From Chiloscyllium plagiosum (taxonomy: Eukaryota), in NCBI RefSeq assembly GCF_004010195.1, contig NC_057719.1:15518589-15582588 (forward strand): a stretch of DNA of 64,000 nucleotides, given 5' to 3'. The notes beneath the pieces were generated by a model that saw only the letters and a list, made by a program, of their open reading frames with translations, had not been told where the DNA came from and made no database searches. Positions 52,298 through 64,000 of the stretch are shown piece by piece (position 1 is the stretch's first letter; every line of letters begins with the position of its first letter). Both the position numbers and the translations under genes were made by a program.

Positions 52298-52998
52298 GCC
52301 TCCGACGCTCCAGGGAAAACAGCCCCAGCTTGTTCAGCCTCTCCCTATAGCTCAAATCCTCCAACCCTGGCAACATCCTTGTAAATCTTTTCTGAACCCT
52401 TTCAAGTTTCACAACTTCTTTCCGATAGGAAAGAGACCAGAATTGCACGCAATATTCCAACCGTGGCCTATCCAATGTCCTGTACAGCCGCAACATGACC
52501 TCCCAACTCCTGTACTCAATACTCTGACCAATAAAAGAAAGCATACCAAATGCCTTCGTCATTATACTACCTGCAACTCCACTTTCAAGGAGCTATGAAT
52601 GTGCACTCCAAGGTCTCTTTGTTCAGCAACACTCCCTAGGACCTTACTATTAAGTGTGTAAGTCCTGCTAAGATTTGCTTTCCCAAAATGCAGCACCTCA
52701 CATTTATCTGAATTAAACTCCATCTGCCACTTCTCGCCCCATTTGCCCATCTGGTCAAGATCCTGTTGTAATCTGAGGTAACCTTCTTCGCTGTCCACTA
52801 CACCTCCAATTTTGGTGTCATCTGCAAACTCACTAACTGTACCTTTTATGCTCGCATCCAAATCATTTATATACATTACAAAAAGTAGAGGACCCAGCAC
52901 CAATCCTTGTGGCACTCTACTGGGCACAGGTCTCCAGTCTGAAAAACAACCCTCCACCACCACCCTCTGTCTTCTACCTTTCAGCCAGTTCTGTATCC
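52298..52998 (-). mobile_element. CR1 RT fragment, inverted relative to the adjacent 5' portion
   Basis: ORFs 52562-53023 and 52254-52562 (WIQNWLKGRRQRV, FADDTKIGG, LEYCVQFWS). Confidence 0.93.
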
Positions 52999-55900
52999 AA
53001 AAAGTGTTGGTTTTTACCACCACAGTTCACAATTGAAGCTTTTCTGTTCTCATCCACATGGAAAAACAAAACTAATTCCTTAATTTATATAAATCCAATT
53101 AGGTAACTCACCTAATTGGAAGACAACTTTATAATTAAGGCAGTCATTGCAAAGGTTCAAGCTTTATAACCAATTATTGGAGTTGTTGATATACATTTGG
53201 CACATTTATAACAAAGGCATTGTTGTCATTTTTTTCAAGTGATTCGGTAGAATGGTTTGGATGAGGGAAATGAAGTGCTTTATTCTTAAATTAAATCATT
53301 GTATTGTTAAATTTTTCCTCACCATCTGTAAAATAAATGGATTAAAGCAGAAATACATCCTTCTCTTCAAGACAAATTAATTTGTATCATTAGAAAGGCA
53401 ACTGCTGGAACAGTCTTCCCCTTCATCCTCAGCTTTCAGCTTTTTCCCTTTTAATAACTTAATATTTCACTTCAAACTGCAGAGTCTAACTTTAGCATGA
53501 TGTACATCAATTATTTACTGAGGTTTTTGCATCGATTTTTCTGTCTCTCTCTCTTTCTCTCTCTCTGGATTCTGTTTCTGTGCTGTTAGTGGTCCATCAG
53601 TCCCAAATTATTTTTGTTCAGTCTTTGCATTCTTCATTTTATTTCACAAATTCACCTTTTCCTTTTCATACTCATCCACATCAGAGATGGAAAGTGCTAA
53701 AGAGTACTGCCACTGTGATATAATTTGTTCCGTGTATCTCGATGTTTATCTATAATAACGTGCTGCTTTGCAGTATTATTGAATTTAGATATTTATCATC
53801 CATTGCAGAAAGAGCTTACGTTTGGAGCATACAGGATAATGATGGAGAGCTAAGGCTAATTTGACTTTGTAAACAGGAAATGCAGATTGCCACACCCAAC
53901 AGATAAAAAAAATCCATTCACCTTGTTTTTTATTTTAAAAAATTAAATCAATCCATTTAGCTCTGATCCAAAAAAACTAAACACAAGACTACCTGGAGGA
54001 GTTTGGATGCTCTTCAAAAAAGTGATTACAAATTTGTTTTAAACCAATGTGTTATCCTTGACTCCATGGGACACTCTTCCGCTGGAATTGGGTGGTCATG
54101 GGTTCAAAACGCAATGCTGCACGGGCTTGTAAATGAGGCATTGAAGTGATGTTTGTACTCTGAGGTGAAAGGGAATAAGGAATAGCCGTGTTTGAAAGAG
54201 AAAATTTGAAGCATCCTTCAGCTTCACTTTCTATTAACATTGATCCACTCTAAAACAGTGTTTTAACCCTTTCACTCATGACTGCTTGTGAAACCCAAAA
54301 ATTGGTTGTGTCTTCCTACACTTCAAGAGCGACCACACTTTGAAAAGTAATGCATTGGCTGGAGAGCACTTATGTCCTTTTGGATAATGTATTATGTGAA
54401 TACACAGAAATACTCATTCTCTAAATTATACAACACTATGCAAACACAACTGCAACTGATGTTGACAAAAGTTATAGCTCTTTATCAGTATACATTTAAC
54501 CCTTGAGGAAGTTTCCCATTTGTATGAGAACTGATTCTCTGTGAAGGCAAAAGACCTAAAGTTTAGCATAAACTATCAAATTTAGTGAAACTAAAATATG
54601 AATATTGTATGGACTGTAAATTTACATTGATCCAATAGAAGTCTTGGTCTTCAGTTAGAGTTAAGGAACTAATAAGGGGTGGAACACAGGGATTTTATCC
54701 ACGTTGCTGGCAAAACTCTGTTTGGCTCATGGCTTTACTGGATCTGGTAATGCTCGCTATTTGGAATTAAATAAAAACATGGACGTAATATTCCAAAGAG
54801 CTCAAAAATTAAAGATAAAAGAATTGCACAATCACAACAACCTGCAAGTGTTGCTAAGAGAATGAGAACATGGACATTTCACTAGAATTTGCCTATTTGA
54901 TACTTCAGTGCCAGAGAAGTATGCACCTATTGTGCTTTCTTTAACACGGGCTATATTGGGAAATAAAATGAGCCATGTGTGGTAAAATCCAGATGAACAC
55001 AACCTTGATTTATGCAGTCACTATTTCTAAAAGAAGGAAATGTCACTCCAGGTGATTTTGCTGATCTTTCGAAGTTGCTGCCTGTAATCTTTGTAATTAA
55101 ACAACAGAATCACAATGGGTCAGTGATACACCAAATGGTATGATACAGAGTTACAAACAAAAAGACCGCAGCTTTGAAATGGAATGAAGGCTTTAAAGTA
55201 TGCAAGCTTGCAACAATACCAAATGGATATTGACTAGATAAGTTTTTGTGATTGAGGGACAAATAATGGCTAGAGCACAGAATCAAAGAATTATTCTACT
55301 GCTGAAGAATGCCATTTGGCTCATCATGTCTGTACCAGCTCTCCAAATGTGCATCGCGACTTCATATCCATTTCTCCCACCATTTCTCTGCGACCTTGCA
55401 CAATCTTTCTATTCCAATGTGCTGCCCTCTAGAATTTTTCAATTGAAGATGCCTCCACCATTCTTCCAGGCAGTGACTCCAGACCCAAACCACTCATCAT
55501 ATGAAAAAGCTTCTTCTCACAATGCATGTTCAAGCCAGAAATCGATAGATCTGGGTGGGATCGTCCAGACTTGATGAGCTGATTGGCCTCTTTCCACACT
55601 GCTGGGATTCTATGATTAAGATCGTACAAACTGAGCCATAGGAATTCATTAACCTGGACCAATTCAGATAATCAATGATAATGTCTCCCAACAGTAAGCA
55701 AGGACAAAATGATGAGTTTGGTTAAATTTATTTTAATTTTGCTTGGTACTACAAATTCATCTGTATGGTGTCTCACTATCTGCAAGTAAGTAAATTCGCT
55801 TAAGGCAGTTTAAAAAATATAAAACAACAACTTATAAATTGCAAGCATTTAGGAAATGGAGTGTTACATTGGTATTTAATGCACATATAAAAAATAAGTA

Positions 55901-56289
55901 CATCAATAACCTGCAGCCAGGTACAAATAATCATGATTAGATATTTATGACTTTCTATAATATTAATTATACCTGCCTAGTCTGAGTTTAAACAGCTAAC
56001 TAAGATTAACAATTTATATTGCATCACCACACCATGATCCAAACCAATCAGCTTTATCTTTTCATGTTGTATAAATTGATATTCCCTTTCTAAGTTTAGG
56101 TTACTTGTGTATCAGTCTTGATGAGTACCTTTGACGTCATGTTTCTTTTTAACAATGTTTAGCTCTGAATTACCAAGCAGTTAATTTTAGAATCCCATCA
56201 TCCTTGACTTCCTAAAACTTAAGGAATTTAGGTAGTTGTTCCCAGTGTGAAATGACAGCTAGCGGATATGGTGGCATTATAGTAATGTT

Positions 56290-57432
56290 GTGGTTGTGGA
56301 TATGTTCGCCGAGCTGGGAAATTGATTTGCTGACATTTCGGGTCCTGTCTAGGTGACGTCTTCAGTGCTTTGGACCCTCCTGTGAAGTGTTGTAGTGTTC
56401 GTTGTAGTGGCCAGTATATTGGGTCAAGGTCTGTGTGTTTGTTGGTGGAGTCCTTGGATGAGTGTCATCCTTCTAGGAATTCTCTGGTTGTCTTATGTTT
56501 AGCTTGTCCTATGATCATTGTGTTGTCCCAGTCGAATCTGTGGTCCTTGTCATCTGTGAGTATGGCTACTAGGGACAGTGGCGTTTAGTGGTTTGTTGGT
56601 GTTTGTGAATGCAGATTGCTAGTTGTCTGCCTCTTTGCCCTATATAGTGTTTCGTGCGGTCTTCGCATGGAGTCTTGCACGTGATGGGTATAGGGTCTTT
56701 TGTCCTGGTGAGTTGTCTGAGGGTGGCTATCGGTTTATTGACTGTCATGAATTCCAGCGGTCGGGGAAGTGCAACAAGGACTGCATACCAAACTACTAGA
56801 CCTGTGCTTGACGACACACTTCACATTCAACAACCAAATATATGCAGCCAGATTTCTCAGACCACTGGGATTCATGATAGCCCATAAACCGACAGCCACA
56901 TTCGAACAACAACTCACCAGGGCAGAAGACCCTATACCCTTTATGTGCAACACTAATGTAATTTACAAGATTCCATGCAAAGACTGCACACACAAACTAT
57001 ATAGGGCACACAGGCAGACAACTAGCAATCCGTATCCACGAATACCAATGAGCCACTAAACGTCACAAACAGCTGTCCCTAGTAGCCATACACACAGATG
57101 ACAGGAACTACAAATTCGACTGGGACAACACAACGATCATAGGACAAGCTAAATACAGGACAGCTAGAGAATTCCTAGAAGCATGGCACTCATCCACAGA
57201 CTGTTTCAATAAGCACGTTGACCTGGACCCAATATACCAGCCACCACAACGAATAACCAGAAGCAGGAGAAATGGAACTAAATAAATTCCAGAAGAGACA
57301 GTACAGCAGCGCTTCACAGGAGGGTCCAAAGAGACAGGAGACGAAACATCTGCAAGTCACCTTCCCAGCTCGGTGAACATACCCACAGCAATGACAACGG
57401 CACCCGAGCTACAAATCTTTGCACAAACCTTG
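56290..57432. mobile_element. Poseidon-type Penelope: two inverted 3' arms, nested in a SINE
   Basis: Minus arm 56290-56767; plus arm 56850-57432 (NVIYKIPCKDC..YIG, FDWDNTTIIGQAKYRTAREFLEAWHS); RT scrap LLDLCLTTHFTFNNQIY between them; SINE resumes at about 57440. Confidence 0.88.
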
Positions 57433-58406
57433 ATCACAGTACTGTCACTAGGTTAGTTATCCAGAGGTCGAAGTCAATACTCTGGTTTGGGGTGGGGGGG
57501 TGCGGTTGATTTCCCATTGTGGCATTAATAAAACTGGAACATAATGATAACTGTGAAAAACCCATTTGATCACTAATGTACTTGGTAGGTGTTGGAAATC
57601 TGCCATCCATACCTTGTGTGGCCAGCTACGATTTCAGATCCACAGATATGTGGTTGATTCTTAACAGTCCCTGAAATTAGTTTGGGACCAGATTAATCTG
57701 GTTAGCATGAACGAGTTGGACCGAAGGGTCTACTTCCGTGCTGTATATCTCTATGACTCTATCAGGTCACTCAAGGTTGGACAGAAAAATGCTGGCCTTG
57801 CAAATCCCAGAAAATAAATGTACAACATGAAGTTCTCATTTGGGGATGGGGGAGGCCTCACAATTTTAAAATACAATTTACATACAACCATCAGCTTCTG
57901 AAAGTGAAGCAATAATAGCTTGTAAAACAAAAAATAAATGTTTGTGATAAATCTGTGGTGAATTACATCCAACCTAAACCAAAGTATGAGTTTTATTTGG
58001 AAGGAAGTTCCAGACCGTTGGTCTGAGGTGGCCAAAGGCATGACTGTCAATGTTGAAACTGAAATAGACCTGTAGGGCCAAATGGCCTGCACTGTGCTAT
58101 AACATTCTATGTAATAAGGAATGAATTTAAAATTTTGACAAAATATACAAAGAAAATCTTTGTAATGTAGCAAAAGTGCAGCTGAGATATTTTAAAGGCT
58201 AAGTGAACATGCAATAAATGATAATGACACTACTGACCATTAACCCCTCATGTGATATCACACAAGCGACAATCTGAAATGGTTCCCTATGTGCAGTGTT
58301 CTGTCTGAAATTAAAGTATCTAGTCGGCCATTAAATACAATAATGAACTCTTGCTGTCCTGCAAAAATAACCAAAATCAACTTAAATGGCAATCAGGAAT
58401 TACTGG

Positions 58407-58742
58407 AGGTGAGTGCCTAATGGTACTAACACTCGACTATTAATCCAGAGACCTAGGTAATATTCTGAGGGATTTGGGTTTGAATCCTGCTATGGCAAAT
58501 AGCTGAATTTTAATTCAATAAAAATCTGAAAATAAGTTTCTAATAATGACCATTGTTGATTGTGTGGAAAACTCATTCTGTTTTGCTAATGCCCTTTGGA
58601 GAAAGAAACCTGCCATCTTTATTTGGTCTGGCCTACATATGACTCCAGACCCACAGCAATGTGGTTGACTCTTAGCAATAATTAGGGATGGGAAATAATG
58701 CTGTCTTCGCCAGCAAAGCTCACATCATGTGAATGAACTTTT
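58407..58742 (+). mobile_element. tRNA-derived SINE (SacSINE1/DeuSINE-like) with L2/CR1-clade tail
   Basis: B-box-like gggtttgaatcc; core ctggcctacatatgactccagacccacagcaatgtggttgactctt; tail aattagggatggg...gccagc...gaatgaa. Confidence 0.75.
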
Positions 58743-60050
58743 AAAAATATGCAGTATTATTTCAATGGAACTAATGATGCACTGTGTTTGAGAACAGTTT
58801 CTTTTGCATGCTAGATTTTATTACATAATTTATTATTTAAATAGACATATTTAATTTTGTCCTCACCCCAGCCATATTCCTGTTCCTTCTGAATTCATTA
58901 CATTGGATTATCTGAGAGTAAGCAGGGCAGCCAACTCAGATCAGAAAATCCAGTGTGAGCAGTTCGCTATTTTCGTTAGTTTCCTACCATTCATGATGCA
59001 GAGTATCAGGAGATTCAACCAATTTCTTCAAGAAGTTGGTCAAGAACAAGTTGGTCAAGTCTTCTCCCTGACCAGCTCTATATCTTGTCATCATGCTATG
59101 GATGGGAGTAACACAGTGGGAGACAGTGCTTTATTTCAGGACTTAGTGTCTGATCTTTCCATCCATTTGTCCTGCTTCTCTCAATTTTCTACATTTTGAC
59201 AAAAATATTAATATTTGCAGCAGAATTCTACATATCATCAGATTTCTTTTTCAAATTTCGCACAGATTTTTCTCCTTCAGGAATGGATGGATAAATTTGG
59301 ACAGATTATCCCCCTGTCAACTGAATCATGAATGTTCTTTCCATGGAATTGAACCTGGAGCTCTGGCTCAGAGACAGGGACAATACTCATTGAGCCATAA
59401 GACCTCACCTGCCCTTTGATGAAAGGGGCAAGTAATTTCAGCCTTCCTCCTGCTGTGCATGGATGTCCCCCTTTCTACACTCCTAGTGCTTTTAGCCACA
59501 GCGTTTAATCGATAGCACCTGCTTCAAGACTCCTGGACACCCTCCTTAGCTGATTGTGAGATCCCCATTGAATTTCTTTCCCCCTCAAACATGTCCGTTC
59601 TTGCTCAGCAGAACTCCAATTGGGAATATAGTGGAATGAAAATGATGACCTTCCATTCTCTGGATTATTCACACATCAGTGCTTGAGTCCACTGAACTAT
59701 TTTCACAACCAGAAATCTTTAGCTCGTATAACAAGAGGAAATTCTACTGATATAGTCCTCTTGTCAATATGGAAGGTGGCTTGGATGTGAGAAGAAATCC
59801 AAAACAGTTTTTTTTAAACTTTAAACATCGGCCATTCAGGCCCTTTTGTCTTCCAATTAGATTGTGGCTAACATGCGTCTCAACTCCATTAGCTGTTTTA
59901 GTTCAAATCCCTTGATACTGTGACAAAAACCTATGAACCTCAGTCCTGATTGGCTCCAATTGCCCCCAAACATCAAAATGTGCATTGTTGCAGAATGTTG
60001 TCCCCCCAAGCCGAATCCCTCAAACCCAGAAGCTGGTGCAGCCCACAGTT

Positions 60051-60236
60051 CTAATTGTACAGGATGTCTTGCAGACTCCCCTGCGAATTAAATATCTCAG
60101 GGACCTCACTGTCCAGTTTACAGATCACCTTATAAATGTTTTTTTTCCAGGAGGGGTCCGAGTCTTTTCCAGAGTAGATTGCGTTAAAAAATTCTCGAAG
60201 TGTCACTTCCGCAACTTCCAAAAACTGTTTGGGAAT
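60051..60236 (-). CDS. Last coding exon of a Prospero-related homeobox (PROX family) gene; C-terminal Prospero domain. Paralog uncertain (PROX2 or prox3-like). Upstream exons not seen in the window
   Basis: Translates to IPKQFLEVAEVTLREFFNAIYSGKDSDPSWKKNIYKVICKLDSEVPEIFNSQGSLQDILYN*, colinear with the PROX1 C-terminus as I recall it (VPERFLEVAQITLREFFNAIIAGKDVDPSWKKAIYKVICKLDSEVPEIF). Preceded by a phase-0 acceptor ttttctgatcatttcttttctcag. Confidence 0.95.
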   Translation of the reverse strand: MPKQFLEVAEVTLREFFNAIYSGKDSDPSWKKNIYKVICKLDSEVPEIFNSQGSLQDILYN

Positions 60237-60319
60237 CTGAGAAAAGAAATGATCAGAAAATGCTGATTGAAAGAACCTGGAGAAACAATGTAAAACAACT
60301 TTAAGGTGGTGCACTACCT

Positions 60320-61100
60320 GGGTGTATACATGTATAATCCATTAAAAGTGGCAAGACAGGCTAAGAGAGAGCAGTTAATAAAGCCTTCATTATCTTAGGC
60401 TTTATTAACAGCAACATGGAACACAAGAGCTAGGAGAATATGTACAAGGCACGATTTTGGCCTCTGATGGTATATTGTGTACAGTTCTGGCCCTTGCACT
60501 TTAGGAAGAATGTAAAAGCATTGGAGAGAGTATAGAAGAGATTTACAAGAATCTTTCCAGATATGAGGAATTTCAGCAGGATATTTAAAGGGGACCCAGG
60601 AAATGTAATATATTTGAATTTACAAAAGGTTTTTGACAAGGTATTGCACATGTGGTTACTTAATAAGATAAGGGCCTGTGATGTTTGGGTAGCATGGATA
60701 GAGGATTAGCTAACTGATAGAAGGTAAAAGGTAGACAATTGCGATAAGGGGGCATTTTCAGAATGGCAACCTGTAACCTAGTGGTGTGCCGCAGGGATCA
60801 ATGCTTGTGCCATATATATTTACAATATATATTAATGACTTGGATGAGGGAAAAGAAATATTGCCAAGTTTGCAGATAGTATAAAAATTGCAGGCAATGT
60901 AAGTCGTGATGACACAAAGTGTGTACAGAGGGATATAGTCAAATGAAGTGAGTGGGCAAAAATTTAACAGATGGAGTATATTTTGAGAAAGTGTGAGGTT
61001 ATGTAGATTGGCAGGAAGAATACAGAAGCTGAATATTTATTTAAATAGAGAAAGACTGCAGAAAGATAGTGGGGGGAAGGTGTCCTCGTGCATGAATCTG
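60320..61100 (+). mobile_element. Old CR1 RT fragments within the last PROX intron
   Basis: YCVQFWPLHFRKNVKALERV; GVPQGSMLVP; IAKFADS. Confidence 0.8.
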
Positions 61101-61111
61101 AAGAAGTTAGT

Positions 61112-61761
61112 ATATTTTGCACATACTCAAGAAAAAGTCAATCTCATGTAAAAGTCGACCCCCTGTTTTGGATCAAAACAATCTGGAATTTTCCATATAT
61201 GTCGCGTGACAATTGACCCTAGTTCTTCACTGATAACAGTTGAACATTTGAGAGTCAAGGTATTATCCTGTCCGTAAATGTTACAGCTACAATGATCAGT
61301 GAGACTGTATGAGAGTGAAAAGTCTGATAACTTTTTTTATCTGAAAGGTGTAAAACGTTAGTTCGAAAAAACAAAAACAACAGTAGACAAGAGAAAACGG
61401 AGGGAAATGGCACGAAAGTTTAAGACGCATCAGGTCAGTCAGGTGACAATCTCCCTTTGTGTGTAGCTCACAATTATATGATTTGTCATTTTGTCCAGAA
61501 AAAACAATAAATATGCAGCAATGTTTGAACTGAAAATTATTGAAGCTGCAGAGAAGACTGTATAGCAGCAATTACTGTAATTCATTGTGTTTTATTTCTT
61601 TATTCATTTAGCGATCAATTAGACTTCTGTTAATGATACAATATCTTGGAATGTAGCATGAATTTCAGTCCCTCAAAAGTAGTATCCATGTAATAGTCAA
61701 CTGCATAAATTTATCCTTAAAAATAGTCTAAAAAATACTTTTACACAAGTATATACAGTAT
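61112..61761. mobile_element. Tc2/pogo-like non-autonomous DNA transposon
   Basis: Terminal motifs tgtaaaagtcgacccc and ttttacacaagtatatacagta; splits a CR1 remnant that resumes at about 61780. Confidence 0.55.
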
Positions 61762-61984
61762 GTTCAACCATAATAAGTAGAAATGGAATGGAATGGGCTT
61801 TATTTCAAATCATATGATGTATAAAATCAGGAAAGTATTGCAAAAATTATACAAGCCCACTAGTTAGCCCACTCCTAGAATACTGTAATCTGTTTTGCTT
61901 CTCTAATCTATAAAAAAATGTACTGGCATTGGAGATAATCCAGAGAAGGATCATAGAGGCATAGAGTTATACATTACAGAAACA

Positions 61985-62284
61985 GGTGAAAACAAGGACT
62001 GCAGATGCTGGAAACTAGATTCTTGATTAGAGTGGTGCTGAAAAAGTACAGCAGTTCAGGCAGCATCCGAGGAACAGGAAAATCGACGTTTCGGGCAAAA
62101 GCTTTTGCCCGAAATGTCAATTTTCCTGCTCCTCGGATGCTACCTGAACTGTGCTTTTCCAGCACCACTCTAATCTAGAACTCTATTCCCGATGAAGGGC
62201 TTTTGCCCGAAACATCGATTTTCCTGCTCCTCGGATGCTGCCTGAACTGCTGTGCTTTTCCAGCACCACTTTAAACTAGAACCC
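61985..62284. mobile_element. Palindromic Penelope pLTR insertion with 13-bp TSD
   Basis: cattacagaaaca at 61972-61984 and 62285-62297; inverted copies centred on aaaagctttt at about 62101. Confidence 0.85.
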
Positions 62285-62384
62285 CATTACAGAAACAAAC
62301 CCTTCAGTCCAACTCATCCATACTAACCAGATTACCCAGCTTGATCTTGGGTATAAAATATTTTTATATGGACAGTTCATGAGG

Positions 62385-62562
62385 TTGAGTCAAAAAGTCT
62401 GGCGCTGGAAAGTCAACATTTCATCAGGAATTTCTGATAAAGGGTTAATGCCCGAAACGTTGACTCTCCTGCTCCTCGGATGCTGCCTGACCTGCTGTGC
62501 TTTTCCAGCACCACACTTTTTAACTCTGACTCTCCAGCATCTGCAGTCCTCACTTTCTCCTA
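62385..62562 (+). mobile_element. Penelope pLTR short copy with small inverted 5' piece
   Basis: ctgataaagggttaatgcccgaaacgttgactctcctgctcctcggatgc...cactttctcct. Confidence 0.8.
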
Positions 62563-62627
62563 GTTCAGTAGGTTGGACCTGTACTTATTGGAATTTACAA
62601 GAATGAGAGTAAACCTTATTGAAACAA

Positions 62628-63676
62628 AGGTGGGAGACAGAGGATGGTGGTGGAGGGTTGCTTTTCAGACTGAAGACCTATGACTAGAGTTGTGCCGCAA
62701 GGATTCGTGCTGGGTCCACTGATTTTTGTCATTTATATAAATGATTTGGATGTGAATATAGGAGGTACAATTAGTAAGTTTGCAGATGACACGAAAATTA
62801 GTGGTACAGTGGACAACCAAGGTGTTTATCTCAGAGTACAGCGGAACCTTGATCAGATGGGCTGTTGGGATGAGGAGTAGCAGATAGAGTTTAATTTAGA
62901 TAAATGTGAGGTGCTACATTTTGGTAGGGTAAATCAGGGCAGGACTTCCACACTTAATGGTAAAGTCCTGGGGAGTGTTGCTGAACAAAGAGACCTTGGA
63001 GTGCAGGTTTATAATTCCTTGAAAGTGGAGTCGCAAGTAAACAGGATGTGAAGAAGGTGTTTGGTATGCTTGCCTTTATTGGTCAGGGCATTGAATGTAG
63101 CAGTTAGGTGGTCATGTTGAGGCTGTATAGGACGTGGGTTCGGCTACTTTTGGAATACTGCATTCAATTCTGGTCACCCTGCTATGGGAAAGATGTTGTT
63201 AAACTCAAAAGGGTTCAGAAAAGATTTACAAGTATGTTGTCAGGATTGGAGAGTTTGAGCTATAGGGAGAGGCTGAATTTTCCTTGGAGTGTCGGAGGCT
63301 GAAGGGTGACCTTATAGCCCTCTTAAAATCATGAGAGGTGTGGATTGGGTGAATAGTCAAGCTCTTTTCACCAGGGTAGGGGAGTCCAAAGCTAGAGGGC
63401 ATAAGTTTAAGGTGCGAGGGGAAAGATTTAAAAGGAATCTTAGGGGCAACGTTTTCATGCAGAGGATGGTGCTTGTATGAAATAATCTGCCAGAGGAAGT
63501 GGTGGCTGGTACAATTACAAAATTAAAAAGGCATCTGGATGTGTATATGATTAGGAAAGGTTTAGACGATATGGACCAAATGCTGGCAGATGAAACTAGA
63601 TTAACTTCAGATATCTGGCTAGCATGGACGAGTTAAACCAAAGGATCTGTTTCTGTACTGTACAGCTCTATGACTG
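62628..63676 (+). mobile_element. CR1 (HER1-like) LINE 3' fragment
   Basis: VPQGFVLGPLIF, KFADDTKIS, LLEYCIQFWSP; tail ctctatgact. Confidence 0.93.
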
Positions 63677-64000
63677 TGAAACACACAAGATTCTTAAGGG
63701 GCTTGACATTGTTGATACTGAGAGATTGCTTCCCCTTCTAGGACGAGAAAGTATAATCTCAAAGTAGCGGTTTCCCATTTAAATCAGAGATGAAGAGGAA
63801 TTTCTTTTGTCAGAGGGTAGTGAATCTGTGGAATTCTTTACCAGAGAATCTACGGAGGGTTTTTGAAGTTGGATTGTTCATTTATTCAAGGCTGAGGTTG
63901 ACATTTTTAATCAGCAAGGGAATCAAGGGTTATGTGGAAAAGGCAGGAAAGTGGATTTGAAGATTATCAGATCTGCAAATGATCCCATTGAATGGCACAG
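63677..64000 (+). mobile_element. Older CR1 3' region, running off the window
   Basis: aggaatttcttttgtcagagggtagtgaatctgtggaattc. Confidence 0.8.

Noticed and set aside
55727..55732. AATAAA on the minus strand as the PROX poly(A) signal
   Set aside because: Several equivalent hexamers lie between here and the stop codon; cannot choose without transcript data
1..64000. CRISPR arrays, operons or other prokaryotic systems
   Set aside because: The sequence is vertebrate; the repeats are dispersed transposons, not regularly spaced arrays

Overview
Repeat-rich, AT-rich vertebrate DNA, most likely from a shark or ray, judged from HE1/V-SINE-like SINEs with CR1/HER1-type partner LINEs. Most of the window is decayed transposons: CR1 LINEs, an L2/CR1-clade LINE with a tRNA-like SINE head, two or three Penelope-like element (PLE) lineages (GIY-YIG; Poseidon- and Neptune-type) with many short pseudo-LTR (pLTR) copies, MITEs and a Rex1-like fragment. 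One host coding exon is clearly recognisable: the last coding exon of a Prospero/PROX gene on the minus strand (60051-60236), diverged from PROX1. A series of + strand exon-like segments (about 0.9-30.6 kb) may be a decayed multi-exon gene with ARM/HEAT-like peptides, but I could not identify it. Most notable observations: minimal hammerhead-ribozyme motifs in the PLE repeats, a TSD-flanked PLE insertion carrying about 1.1 kb of unrelated DNA, and a LINE whose 5' end matches a SINE head. All family names come from my recognition of the sequence, not from a database search. Repeat boundaries are approximate unless a TSD or TIR is given. I see no compelling wholly new biological system.
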